A DNA stretch of 64,000 nucleotides from assembly GCA_964487795.1 (NCBI GenBank), contig CAZASI010000002.1, positions 180,349 through 244,348 of the forward strand, written 5' to 3'. Positions 34,625 through 44,629 of the stretch are shown here, piece after piece. How positions within the stretch are numbered: position 1 is the first letter of the stretch; each line of letters starts with the position of its first letter. A model generated the notes under the pieces. It saw only the letters and a program-made list of their open reading frames with translations. It did not search any database and was not told where the DNA came from. Origin of the DNA: an uncultured Gammaproteobacteria bacterium (GTDB lineage Bacteria > Patescibacteriota > Patescibacteriia > Patescibacteriales > Patescibacteriaceae). The translations under genes and the position numbers were made by a program.

Positions 34625-35762
34625 AGATTTGTGTTGTTAAACGAGCGCATTCCCACCAGTCATAGAGTTTAACGCGTTCATAACCCTTTTGGATCAGCTG
34701 CTGACGCAAATCATCATTATCTAGAAAAAAATCAATGGTTCCTTCTAATTCAACTTCGTTAACTGGATTAATATACAAGGCGGCGTCCCCCAACACTTCC
34801 GGTAAACATGTGGCACTCGAGCTGATGACCGGGCAACCGCGCGACATCGCTTCAAGCGGAGGCAAGCCGAAGCCTTCATAGCGTGACGGAAAAACATAAG
34901 CTGCGGCATGCTTGAACAAAACTTCTAATTCTCGATCAGGAACATAACCCGGAAAAATTACAGCTTCTGACGCATTATCTTTAGCAAACTTTTTTAAACG
35001 AGCATAAAAATAATCTTCCTTACCAACTAAGACAAGTTTTAAGTCGGATCGCTTTCGATGAAGTTTATTAAAAACTTTAATTAAAAATTCAAGATTTTTA
35101 TGCGGGTAGGCGTTTCCAACATACAATAAATATGGTTCTAAAATACAATAATCAGATAAAATCTCATCGGGATTTAGTTTGGCGGCGAATAAGGTGTCAT
35201 GTCCACCTGATAAATTAGCCACGCCTTCATATGTTACTTCTATCTTTGAAGGATTAACCTTGAACTGATTGATTATATCGTCCTTGGTATATTTAGAAAT
35301 TGCAATAATTTTTTTTGCCCGCCACACGGCCAGTTTGATGCCAATGCGATAACCCATATTTTTTATCCAATACAAAATCGGCCCAAGCGTCGTCGCCCTC
35401 ATTGTTGGAAAGCGAGTTAAAATTAAATCATGGATCGTAACAACAAACTTTGTCGGGCAGAAAACCGGAACGTTAAAATGCGGAAAATGCATCAGATCAA
35501 GCTTTTCACGAAAAATAATAAACGGCATTTTTAATTGCTCTGCCAAGCTATACCAACGAACGTCCGCTAATACTTTTTTGTGCCGTGGATGATCGGAGTG
35601 AAATTCATCAAAATTATCCTTACTTAAAAAAATTATATATTCGTTCTCACGATCTATTTTTAAAACATTATCAACCACTTCTTGAGTATAACGACCCAGG
35701 CCCTTGCCTAAAGGACCGTAAAAACGAGCGTCAATTCCTATTCGAAAACGCTTTTTTTCCAT
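34599..35762 (-). CDS. Glycosyltransferase family 4
   Basis: FRIGIDARF...EGFGLPPLEAMSRGCPVISS. ATG 35762 was chosen (MEKKRF). Confidence 0.85.
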   Translation of the reverse strand: MEKKRFRIGIDARFYGPLGKGLGRYTQEVVDNVLKIDRENEYIIFLSKDNFDEFHSDHPRHKKVLADVRWYSLAEQLKMPFIIFREKLDLMHFPHFNVPVFCPTKFVVTIHDLILTRFPTMRATTLGPILYWIKNMGYRIGIKLAVWRAKKIIAISKYTKDDIINQFKVNPSKIEVTYEGVANLSGGHDTLFAAKLNPDEILSDYCILEPYLLYVGNAYPHKNLEFLIKVFNKLHRKRSDLKLVLVGKEDYFYARLKKFAKDNASEAVIFPGYVPDRELEVLFKHAAAYVFPSRYEGFGLPPLEAMSRGCPVISSSATCLPEVLGDAALYINPVNEVELEGTIDFFLDNDDLRQQLIQKGYERVKLYDWWECARLTTQIYERVLETT

Positions 35763-35790
35763 GAATACATTATAGCATGAAGCCAAACTT

Positions 35791-35818
35791 AAAAGCCGCC
35801 GTATATATACGAGCGGCC
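35791..35818 (-). terminator. Intrinsic terminator after 35851-36318
   Basis: Minus strand: GCCGC..uauaua..GCGGC hairpin followed by UUUU. Confidence 0.5.
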
Positions 35819-35850
35819 TTTGAGTTAGATTCTTATCTTGTAAGGTACTT

Positions 35851-36318
35851 TTATTCTTCTTTTTGTTCTTCAGGTTTTTTTGCAAAAAGAAAAAGAATTA
35901 GATTAATAATTGCGAGACCGATCATGAGCCAAATAATCACCTTGTTAATAGTATGAAATGAGTTTGCTCCGCTTGAACCAATCACTTCATATAATGATAT
36001 ATTATTCATGTATGGCAAGACTCCGAAATTCAAATACAGAGCCATTATGCAGGCAAAGAGTGCATTAAATATAATGGCTGCACTTTTTTCTCTTACTATT
36101 AAGCAATCAACGGAGGAGCAAAAAATAAATGCAACACAGCTGCCAATAATAGCCCAGTGAAAGAACAAGCCATTTGAAGTCAAATTGCCAAACGAATTAT
36201 ATGCAAAAGCATAAAAATCAATAAGCATTAATACTGCGATGATTGAATATATGATAACTCGCCCATGTCCATAACGCGAATTATTGAAACTATCGGCTTG
36301 TGCCTGATCAAATGTCAT
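35851..36318 (-). CDS. Hypothetical integral membrane protein (155 aa)
   Basis: Four hydrophobic segments. No motif recognised. Confidence 0.5.
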   Translation of the reverse strand: MTFDQAQADSFNNSRYGHGRVIIYSIIAVLMLIDFYAFAYNSFGNLTSNGLFFHWAIIGSCVAFIFCSSVDCLIVREKSAAIIFNALFACIMALYLNFGVLPYMNNISLYEVIGSSGANSFHTINKVIIWLMIGLAIINLILFLFAKKPEEQKEE

Positions 36319-36390
36319 GCGACTACCCTCCTCTTATTTTATGATTATTTTTAAAGAAACATATTTTATTACAAACACTTTAAAATCAAA

Positions 36391-38109
36391 CTACTGCTTT
36401 GTCAAGGATTCGAGTTTATATAAGTTAAATCTATCTGTAATCGGTTTGATTAATGAAAGTGAAAGACCGGCACGAGCAAGGGAGCCGTTATTAAGATAAT
36501 CTAAATCTTCTTGTTTAAAAGAAAAATTATAGTAGTATACCGGAACACGTCTCGCCAAGTTCGCATACTCGGCAATCATATTTGGGTCGTCAAATAATCC
36601 TATAACAACTTTTCGTTCAGGAAATAATAACTTGTCGTGATAACGTGTGATGATTATAGAATTATCTTCTGTTAAAGAAAGTAATGTGCTTAATTCAGTT
36701 TTTGCTACTGCTTGTTTTTCTATTGAGACTGCCAAGCCTTCTGAAGGTTCATTCCAAACATACTGGACAGAAATAATAACAATCATTGCTAAGGCAACAA
36801 AACGAATTGCCCAGGCGTGTTTTGTATTCTTAATCCATTGAGTAGCTGTAATCAACGCTAAGCTAGCTAGGGGCAGGGCTCCAAAATAAATCGGCAACCA
36901 ATAACGTGTATAGGAATTTCCAATGGTAAAACTGTTCGGATCCGGATTATCAAAGAATGTCCAACTGCCATAATACAAAATAAGTAATACGGAAGCGCTC
37001 ATCCAGCCAATTAAAAATATCCACTTTTCTTTAGAGTATTTTTTAAAAAAAGTTATGAGTACGAGTAAACCTGCAGCAGCTGACCAGAATAACCACGGAA
37101 ACATATTCGTGATATAGGCATTAAAGAGCTTGTAACTTTGCTCCGGCTTATATCCAAAATGAAAAATAGTGGCTTTAATTTTTGCAACTATTGGTCGCAG
37201 TTCGTTAAACTTCCCGGCGATTCCCGTATTGGCTAACTCTGCTCCGCCTTGCTGCAGTGAAAACAATGAATTATTTAACTCAGGGTAACCGCTTGAAAAA
37301 AATGACCCGTAAAGTGCACCGTTCCAGTAAAGCATTGGAAGGAAAATAATAAAGACGCCATAGGCAAAAAAGAAAAGCCTCACCAAACCGATCTTACGAA
37401 TATTGCAAAGCCAAGCGAAAACCATTAATGGCCCTACCCACAGTAATTCAGAACTGCGGGCTGCAATTGCCAAACCGATAAACAAGCCGGAACACAATGA
37501 GAAAATTAATGCGAAACCATTTTTCTTAAAATAACCTTTTTCCTCTTGATTTCTTTCACTCATTCTCGAAGCAAAATATAATCCGGCAATAAAGGCCGCT
37601 AAGAATAAAACATTATGAAACATACTGCGCGCAGAATAGTATGTAAAAATTGGAAAAGCTGCGGCGAGTATTGTAGCAATCAAGGCATTGTCTTTGCCAA
37701 AGATTCTTTTGACAAATAGATAAAAGAAAATAAGACCAAAGATTCCGATAATCGGGGTTAGATAAGGCAGAATACCGACACCGAATATTTTCGCGAGCTT
37801 ACCGTAGAGAATTGGCAATCCAAGAAAACTAACCGGTTTTATCAAGCCATAGTCAGAGCGAAAACTGCGCGGATGAATAATGTCTTTAGCAATCAAATTG
37901 TACTTTTCAAAAAATGCCAAATTATCAGTCTCGGCATACAATTTAGCTACCGTATAATTTGCGGTTTCATCCGGAGACATCCATTTTGTAAAATCTTTAG
38001 TTTGACTAAGATAATTAAAGCTGGACGAAAATAAAAAATAGCCGATACAAAGCGGAATAATAAATAGCCAGGGCCAGTTCTGTTGCAGTCGTTCTTTTAT
38101 GAGTTTCAT
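36391..38109 (-). CDS. GT-C fold glycosyltransferase (ArnT/PMT-like, family 39/83-like)
   Basis: Polytopic N-terminus with an early DE-containing loop (WMSPDETANYTVAK) and a C-terminal soluble domain, the architecture of lipid-linked-sugar transferases. Confidence 0.75.
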   Translation of the reverse strand: MKLIKERLQQNWPWLFIIPLCIGYFLFSSSFNYLSQTKDFTKWMSPDETANYTVAKLYAETDNLAFFEKYNLIAKDIIHPRSFRSDYGLIKPVSFLGLPILYGKLAKIFGVGILPYLTPIIGIFGLIFFYLFVKRIFGKDNALIATILAAAFPIFTYYSARSMFHNVLFLAAFIAGLYFASRMSERNQEEKGYFKKNGFALIFSLCSGLFIGLAIAARSSELLWVGPLMVFAWLCNIRKIGLVRLFFFAYGVFIIFLPMLYWNGALYGSFFSSGYPELNNSLFSLQQGGAELANTGIAGKFNELRPIVAKIKATIFHFGYKPEQSYKLFNAYITNMFPWLFWSAAAGLLVLITFFKKYSKEKWIFLIGWMSASVLLILYYGSWTFFDNPDPNSFTIGNSYTRYWLPIYFGALPLASLALITATQWIKNTKHAWAIRFVALAMIVIISVQYVWNEPSEGLAVSIEKQAVAKTELSTLLSLTEDNSIIITRYHDKLLFPERKVVIGLFDDPNMIAEYANLARRVPVYYYNFSFKQEDLDYLNNGSLARAGLSLSLIKPITDRFNLYKLESLTKQ

Positions 38110-38147
38110 AGCTTAATGGTAGCAGTACTTCTAAACTTTTTGCAAAT

Positions 38148-38178
38148 AAAAAAAGGGATGCTGTAATCCCCTTTTTTT
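38148..38178. terminator. Bidirectional intrinsic terminator
   Basis: A7-GGGAT-gctgta-ATCCC-c-T7. Confidence 0.7.
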
Positions 38179-38198
38179 ACTTAAAAAATGTACGGTTT

Positions 38199-38960
38199 TT
38201 ATATAGCGAGAAGATTAGCATGTTTAACTCTATGCAGATGTTTATAGTATGCCAACCCTAAACCAAAATACTTTGCCATATTTGCTAATTCCATTGTTTC
38301 AAGAGGCTGAAATAGTTTTTGCACGCTATTAAAGTAATTATTAATAACAACTTTAAAAGCATTGCGATCATTTTCAGCTTCCTTAAACTTACGGTCCCAT
38401 ATTGCAGCATTCATTAAAACATCAGATGAATACTGAATACCCCAGTCAGACAAATTACTGAGAATGTTCTTAATTTCCTGGCTAAGACTAAATGTCTCCG
38501 GACGCTCAGGTTCAATTTTAATAAGATTTGTTAAGCCGGAACCAAAGGTACCACCAAAAAAATGTTTATTCCATGCAATAACCAGATTATTAAGTTTCTC
38601 GGGAAGCAGATGAACATTTTTCATCCAGGTTAGCTTTGCTTCAAGATCTTCAGCAAAGCATAGCATACCGTTATCTCTGTAATATTCCATCAAGTAAAGA
38701 TAGTGAGCATGAGATACACAGCGCATATATTCCGGCGAATCATAACCTGAGTATCTGTTAGTACGATTTAAAGGAATAGCGTCGTTAGTAACATAATCAT
38801 GAACGTACTTCCGTGCAAAAATAAACTCCTCTGCTTTATCAAAACGAGATTCGGAAATCATTCGCAAAAAGTATAGTGATTGCGAAATATCAATTGAATA
38901 GAAATATCCCCACCATCCGGGGCAACCACGAAATGCCAAATAACAAAAAATTGTCTTCAT
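38199..38960 (-). CDS. Hypothetical protein (253 aa), aromatic-rich, orphan
   Basis: ATG lies 9 nt after GGAG. Monocistronic: terminator downstream and a divergent gene upstream. Confidence 0.55.
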   Translation of the reverse strand: MKTIFCYLAFRGCPGWWGYFYSIDISQSLYFLRMISESRFDKAEEFIFARKYVHDYVTNDAIPLNRTNRYSGYDSPEYMRCVSHAHYLYLMEYYRDNGMLCFAEDLEAKLTWMKNVHLLPEKLNNLVIAWNKHFFGGTFGSGLTNLIKIEPERPETFSLSQEIKNILSNLSDWGIQYSSDVLMNAAIWDRKFKEAENDRNAFKVVINNYFNSVQKLFQPLETMELANMAKYFGLGLAYYKHLHRVKHANLLAI

Positions 38961-39051
38961 TTTTCCTAGCTCCATTATATTTAATTTTTTATGAACCATT
39001 TATTTTCTCTTTTTATACAACAAATACAAGCCACGGTCAATAGACATCATA

Positions 39052-39080
39052 TAGACGTCAAGACCAACTCTTAGTATTAT
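39052..39080 (+). promoter_or_regulatory. Candidate promoter giving a leaderless transcript for 39088-40980
   Basis: TAGACG (39052-57), 17 nt, TATTAT (39075-80). The ATG starts 7 nt after the -10 box. Confidence 0.4.
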
Positions 39081-39087
39081 TAAGTCT

Positions 39088-40980
39088 ATGGACAAATATC
39101 AAGGCATTCTAACAAAACTACTGATAACAGCGCCGATCTTGGTCGCCTGCTTTGGTTCTTTAATGTATATTTTCTTTGGACTGACAGATCTAAGCATTTG
39201 GCTTGTCATTATTCTGACCTTACTAGGGGTCGCCTATTTTCTCCGTACTAATAATACACGCGATGAAACTTCAGCATTATCTTCAAGAATCTCGATTTCT
39301 GAATGGCGTTTATTTGCCTTATTTATCTGCGTCTTTTTTGTTTCGATATACTTTCTCTACAGCGGCATAAGCGAGCGAGCTATTTTAACACCGTGGCAAG
39401 TCGTCAGCAAATGGTACTTTGTTTCATTTACTCTTGGAACAATACTATTATCGTATTTAGTTACGATATCATCACGCCTTACAAAATATGCGCTCATCAT
39501 ACAAGCATTTTTACTGTATGGTGTTGCAGCGGTCGTCTACGGTATCGGTTATGGTTTTGATCCTTTTATTCACGAAGCTGCAATTAAAGCGATTGAACAA
39601 CTCGGTCAAATTAAACCGTTAACACCGTATTATCTCGGTCATTACAGTTTAATTCTTGTTTTGAAAACAATGAGTGGCCTCGGTATTCACTTTTGGTCAA
39701 AGTTTCTTATTCCCGCAATGGCCGCAATTCTTTTTCCTCTTCTTATAACACGTTGGCTGTCGCATCACCACGGCGTTGAAAAAAATTGGATGGCACCAGC
39801 ATTGTTTCTTTTTATGCTGCCCGCATCGCTTTTTATTGCTGGCACGCCGCAAAGCCTTGCCTATATATTTTTAATGATTGTTATTTTCTGGCCGACACCA
39901 AAGCCTAATCTGCAAGACAAATTAATAATTATTTTAGCGGCCCTCGCTGCTTTAGTAACTCAACCGATCGCCGGCATTGCCGCGTGTTTAGTTGTAGCCT
40001 ACGACTTGACCAAGAATCTTCGTCAGGCAAAAAAATTGTACTCACTCATTATACTAGCGTTTATCTTTGCCGTACCCGCTGCCCTATATCTTGTGAGTCG
40101 CTTTGACGCGACGACGGTGTCATCATTTGTTTTACCACAACTTACATGGCTCATGGATTTTTGGCCCCAAAATCTAATCAAAGGCTCAATCGGTCTTAAT
40201 TTCAGTTACCTGTTTGGCGGCCTACAGGGCCTTATAATAGCGTTTCTCTGCCTCGCTGGCGCTTATATAGCACTTCGTAGTAAATCCAGTGAATTAAAGC
40301 AAAGATACTTATGGCCAGGCTTGGCGCTTTTTCTTGCAAGTATTCTTGCTAGTTCTATCAACTTCCATTTTTTAATCGATTATGAACGCTCTGATTACCC
40401 CCAGCGAATATTAATAAGCGCTTTAATAATTTGTCTACCACTTGTTATTATCGCTCTTGAGCGTTTTACTCGTTATCTTAATCTTGCGCCTCACATAGTT
40501 TCGATTTCAATTCTTCTTGCGTTTAGCGGCGCGATTACGGCAAACCTCTATCTTAGTTATCCGCGCTTTGACGATTTTGAAAATAGTCACAGTTATGCGA
40601 CGTCACGAGCAGATATCTTAGCGACTCACTGGATAGATAAAGACGCGAAAGGAAAAACGTACGCGGTTCTCTCAAACCAACAAGTTAGTGCCGCCGCCTT
40701 GCGAGAATTCGGCTTTGCACATTATCTGAAAAATAATGTATTCTACTATCCGATCCCAACCGGCGCGCCACTCTACGGATATTTTTTAAGTATGGTCGAT
40801 ACTCCGAAATCTTCCACTATTGCAGAAGCAATGGAACTTGCAGGAGTTGATCGATTGTATCTTGTCTTAAATAATTATTGGTGGCGCTTTAAAGATCTTG
40901 CTCCTGAAATAGAAAAAATCGCCGATGAAACTCATGACATCGGCGACGGTCAACTTAAAGTGTATAGATTTACTAAATAA
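39088..40980 (+). CDS. Large polytopic membrane protein with C-terminal soluble domain (possible GT-C-like or polymerase-like)
   Basis: About 14 TM segments followed by a ~150-aa hydrophilic C-terminus. Located inside the glycosylation cluster. No firm motif. Confidence 0.65.
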   Translation: MDKYQGILTKLLITAPILVACFGSLMYIFFGLTDLSIWLVIILTLLGVAYFLRTNNTRDETSALSSRISISEWRLFALFICVFFVSIYFLYSGISERAILTPWQVVSKWYFVSFTLGTILLSYLVTISSRLTKYALIIQAFLLYGVAAVVYGIGYGFDPFIHEAAIKAIEQLGQIKPLTPYYLGHYSLILVLKTMSGLGIHFWSKFLIPAMAAILFPLLITRWLSHHHGVEKNWMAPALFLFMLPASLFIAGTPQSLAYIFLMIVIFWPTPKPNLQDKLIIILAALAALVTQPIAGIAACLVVAYDLTKNLRQAKKLYSLIILAFIFAVPAALYLVSRFDATTVSSFVLPQLTWLMDFWPQNLIKGSIGLNFSYLFGGLQGLIIAFLCLAGAYIALRSKSSELKQRYLWPGLALFLASILASSINFHFLIDYERSDYPQRILISALIICLPLVIIALERFTRYLNLAPHIVSISILLAFSGAITANLYLSYPRFDDFENSHSYATSRADILATHWIDKDAKGKTYAVLSNQQVSAAALREFGFAHYLKNNVFYYPIPTGAPLYGYFLSMVDTPKSSTIAEAMELAGVDRLYLVLNNYWWRFKDLAPEIEKIADETHDIGDGQLKVYRFTK

Positions 40981-42043
40981 TTTCTTTACTGACTTTTTCC
41001 CAGTACTCTTTTGTTGTCGGAATAGCTAAGCGCGCTCTCCCTTCTGCGCTTAGCTTTTTTAATTCCTCGGGGTTCGTTAGCACCCAAAGCATTAAATCTT
41101 GCAAGTCTTCTACTCTCGGTTCAAAAAGTAATTGCGGAACGCCAATACTTTCTTTAACTCCTCCGGTGTTGGAACCAATAACCGGAGTTTCGGCGCGGGC
41201 AGCTTCCAATGCAACTGTCGGTAAATTTTCATAACAAATCGAGGGAATAACCGCACAACTCGCTTTTGCCAAATATGTGTAAGGATTTTCAAATCCTCCC
41301 AAAAAAGTAATTCTCGAATCACGATATTGTCTTTTTAATTTTTCCAAGATCGTACCATCACCGCCAATTACCAGACTGCAGGGCAGTGATATTTTTCGAA
41401 AAGCCTTAAGTAACATTTCAACTCCTTTATGTTCTTCTACTTGACCTAAATACAAGAAAGTAAAAAGCTCTGATGCTGTTGTTTTAACAACCGTTTTTTC
41501 CAAAGGGTTCTTTAAAAGAATACACTTATTATGTTTAAAAAAGCCACGTTCAGAATACAAAGTCTTAAGCCACTCTGAGGGAAAAATAACCAAGGCATCT
41601 TTTGGAAAGAAGAGTTTAACAATGAACTGGTAAATCTTGGCAATAAAAGTATCAATGCTCTTTTCTGCACCATACATCATTAATCCGGACGGATGAAGTA
41701 ACTGTATATCATGCATGGTATGAATCTTCTTTGCATTTCCTAAGGCTCGAAAAGCCAACAAGCCGAAGCCGGTTAGATTATGTGTCCAAATAATATCAAA
41801 GTTTCCGCGTTTAATTTTTCTTCGTAAACGACTAAACGATGCCAAATCTAAAAAAGAGCTGCTGTGATATATAAAACGACGCCACTTAGGCAAGGATGCC
41901 AAACGCGCATAATTTTGGTTAGCTTCAATAACGGTGATTTCATGGCCCACTTCGTTTAAGTATGCTATTAATGCCTGAATGGTGCGCTCTGCGCCACCAC
42001 GGATATGCGCACTAAAACGATTGTTGATAAAACAAATTTTCAT
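40973..42043 (-). CDS. Glycosyltransferase family 4
   Basis: MKICFINNRF...GGAERT...ENLPTVALEAARAETPVIGSNTGG. Confidence 0.85.
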   Translation of the reverse strand: MKICFINNRFSAHIRGGAERTIQALIAYLNEVGHEITVIEANQNYARLASLPKWRRFIYHSSSFLDLASFSRLRRKIKRGNFDIIWTHNLTGFGLLAFRALGNAKKIHTMHDIQLLHPSGLMMYGAEKSIDTFIAKIYQFIVKLFFPKDALVIFPSEWLKTLYSERGFFKHNKCILLKNPLEKTVVKTTASELFTFLYLGQVEEHKGVEMLLKAFRKISLPCSLVIGGDGTILEKLKRQYRDSRITFLGGFENPYTYLAKASCAVIPSICYENLPTVALEAARAETPVIGSNTGGVKESIGVPQLLFEPRVEDLQDLMLWVLTNPEELKKLSAEGRARLAIPTTKEYWEKVSKEII

Positions 42044-43191
42044 AATTTTTTTTCTTTGGGCGGAGTATACGCAATACGAAGATATGCAGCCTCAAGTCGT
42101 TCCCCTACTTTTTCCCAACTGTATCGCTCATCAATCCATTCACGAGCTTCTCGTCCCATACGCTCAGCCAAGTTTGGCGATTCAATAAGCAAAGCAAGTT
42201 TCACGGCCAGATCTTCAGCGTCACCAGGTTTAATCAAAAAACCGTGTTGCTGGTTTCGGAATACGTTTCGAACGCCGGGCAAATTTGAAGCCACCACCGG
42301 AGTTGCGGACGACATTGCTTCTAAAAGCACTAAGCCGAACGCTTCACTCTTATTTATTGAAGGTAAAACTGAAACCCGCGCTTTTCTATACCACTCTGCC
42401 AAATCTTCATCCGTAGCATCATTGATAATCTTAACATTGTTTTCAATCTGTAAGGCTTTTGCATCTTCAGCATACTTTTTCTCCATATCACCTTTACCCA
42501 CTAAAACTAACTGAGTTTTCGGATATTGCGAAAATACTTTCGCCGATGCTTTGAGCAACTCACTTACTCCTTTGAAATAATGAGCAGCATCCAAACCACC
42601 GACAAATAAAATAATGGGCTCACGGGGAAATGTTCCTGCAAAAAAATGACTTGTATCCACTCCAAACGGAATTTCTATAAATGAAGATTCATGATTCACA
42701 TAATAATCTGCCAAGGCCGACTGCTTAAGATAATCAAGAGAAGCACAGCTGATTGTTGACGCCAGGCGAACAATAATTGGTAAGAAAAAAAATTGATATA
42801 ATTTAAAAATCAATCCTTTAATACCAGCCGCTACGGTATCCATATGATAATGCAATATCAGCTTGGCTTTAGGTAAAAAAAGAGTGCTTAGCACAATAAT
42901 GTCCGCGCTTCCATAAAACGGATAATGAAGATGCACGATGTCAAATGATCGCAAGCGCCAAAGTAGTTGCGGTAGAACAGCGGCGTTACCGATTGTTAGC
43001 AAAGGTCGCAAGCGCTGCACAGTAGTATTCTCACCAATCATTTCGCTACCCGCTTTTAAGCCCTTATAGGCCGGCGTAAATACCACGCTTTCATGTCCTC
43101 GACGCCCAATTTGCAAAGCTGCGTGATACACGCTATTGCCCATGCCCCCTTTATACGGAGGAAAGGTCGAGATGACATGAGCGATTCTCAT
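42040..43191 (-). CDS. Glycosyltransferase family 4
   Basis: MRIAHVISTFPPYKGGMGN...EAFGLVLLEAMSSATPVVASNLPG. Confidence 0.85.
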   Translation of the reverse strand: MRIAHVISTFPPYKGGMGNSVYHAALQIGRRGHESVVFTPAYKGLKAGSEMIGENTTVQRLRPLLTIGNAAVLPQLLWRLRSFDIVHLHYPFYGSADIIVLSTLFLPKAKLILHYHMDTVAAGIKGLIFKLYQFFFLPIIVRLASTISCASLDYLKQSALADYYVNHESSFIEIPFGVDTSHFFAGTFPREPIILFVGGLDAAHYFKGVSELLKASAKVFSQYPKTQLVLVGKGDMEKKYAEDAKALQIENNVKIINDATDEDLAEWYRKARVSVLPSINKSEAFGLVLLEAMSSATPVVASNLPGVRNVFRNQQHGFLIKPGDAEDLAVKLALLIESPNLAERMGREAREWIDERYSWEKVGERLEAAYLRIAYTPPKEKKL

Positions 43192-43192
43192 A

Positions 43193-43603
43193 TTATCTGG
43201 CGCGAAGCCATAAATATTTATGCCAGAGAAACGCTATCACAAAAACACATGCCGCTTGAACAATATCGCTGATTTGGACTCCGCCATCTAAAAAGGCCGC
43301 TATAAACAGAATTGTCAAAGGCAAAGCATAAACTATAAATTCAGCTTTCATTTTATCGCCGAATGACAAAGTCAAAGTACGCACACTGAGCCCGGTCCCC
43401 TCACCCGCTCTTTTTTCGGCTTGTGTCATGCGAAGTTTTATTGCCAGCGCTCCGAGAAAAAAAGCGATTGGCCAGGCTGAGCGCAAAAAAGTAGCAAAAC
43501 TTGAAAAACGATCACCCTGGATGAAAAAAATAATACAAGAACCAACCAGCAACACAAAAAATGCTATATATAAAAAATTTAGGAGTAGATCCTTTGCACT
43601 CAT
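43193..43603 (-). CDS. Small integral membrane protein (136 aa)
   Basis: Four hydrophobic segments. Sits between GT genes. Confidence 0.5.
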   Translation of the reverse strand: MSAKDLLLNFLYIAFFVLLVGSCIIFFIQGDRFSSFATFLRSAWPIAFFLGALAIKLRMTQAEKRAGEGTGLSVRTLTLSFGDKMKAEFIVYALPLTILFIAAFLDGGVQISDIVQAACVFVIAFLWHKYLWLRAR

Positions 43604-43609
43604 ATACTA

Positions 43610-43945
43610 TTATTCTCTGTGTTTCTTAGACAACAATGCAATACTCCTGGTCAAAGAAGTAATTTCTCTGCTCATTTTATCAATGGTCAAACGTAAACGG
43701 AATATCCAATAAAATAATAAAGCGACTGCGACATAAAACAACAATTGAATACCGGTACTAGAAAAACCAAGTTTAGCTACAAAGGCATCAATAGAATGTA
43801 TAAACACAATCAACAGGCCGGCTAAAAACCAAAAGCCTGTCCAAAAAATAACTTGAGTTTTAGAAATTTGATCTTTATAAAATTGCCAAGCAAGCCTGAT
43901 TATAAAAAATAGTACTACGGCCAAGCCGATGGATTCTTGCAGCAT
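43610..43945 (-). CDS. DUF2304-like small membrane protein (111 aa)
   Basis: Three TM segments plus a C-terminal amphipathic helix (ITSLTRSIALLSKK). Immediately downstream of a GT2 gene, as is usual for DUF2304. Confidence 0.55.
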   Translation of the reverse strand: MLQESIGLAVVLFFIIRLAWQFYKDQISKTQVIFWTGFWFLAGLLIVFIHSIDAFVAKLGFSSTGIQLLFYVAVALLFYWIFRLRLTIDKMSREITSLTRSIALLSKKHRE

Positions 43946-43949
43946 ATTA

Positions 43950-44627
43950 TTAATGATTCATTTTTGAAATAAACATATCACGCAAAATCTTAAACCCTCC
44001 GCCTAATCTCTGACCGAAGTCAGGATAGAGTACGGTTATAGGAACTTCAATAATGCGCAGTCCTGAGCGATGAGAGAGTATTAAAATTTCTGAACAATGA
44101 GCCATTGCATCCTGTTTCCATTTTATTTCTTCGGCAGCACGTCGACTTAATGCCCGAAAACCGCTTTGCGGATCACTCGTCTTGATCTTAAAAATTAAAC
44201 GATTAACCAAACGAGCCAAGGGCATAATAACTTTTTCTTTCATATACGGCATGACGGTAGTATTATCGATGAAGCGAGAACCAAAAACTACATCTGCGCG
44301 ACCTTCACGAATCGGTTCAAGCACTCCTGCTATATCCTCCACTCTGAATTGTCCATCAGCGTCAAAGTGCACGATAATATCAGCGCCTTGTTCAAGCGCA
44401 TAATCAGTACCGGTTTTAAGCGCTGCGCCTTGACCGCGATTAACAGGATGACGCAAGATATCAACCGGAAGATCTTTGCTTAATTGATAAGTCTCATCAT
44501 CCGAGCCGTCTTCAACAATAACAATCCTATCAACTTTATCTTGTAGCTCTTCTACAACACGCGGCAGAGCGAATTCACTGTGGCGAGAAGCTTCGTTCCA
44601 AGCCGGAATAATGCAGTATACCTTCAT
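43950..44627 (-). CDS. GT2 polyprenyl-phosphate glycosyltransferase (DPM1/ArnC-like)
   Basis: VYCIIPAWNE...IVIVEDGSDD...VHFDADGQ (DxD)...FGSRF. Confidence 0.85.
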   Translation of the reverse strand: MKVYCIIPAWNEASRHSEFALPRVVEELQDKVDRIVIVEDGSDDETYQLSKDLPVDILRHPVNRGQGAALKTGTDYALEQGADIIVHFDADGQFRVEDIAGVLEPIREGRADVVFGSRFIDNTTVMPYMKEKVIMPLARLVNRLIFKIKTSDPQSGFRALSRRAAEEIKWKQDAMAHCSEILILSHRSGLRIIEVPITVLYPDFGQRLGGGFKILRDMFISKMNH

Positions 44628-44629
44628 AA

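Noticed and set aside
42005-42514. 169-aa plus-strand ORF
   Set aside because: It is antisense to a well-supported GT4 gene. The product is Ser/Arg-rich and low-complexity.
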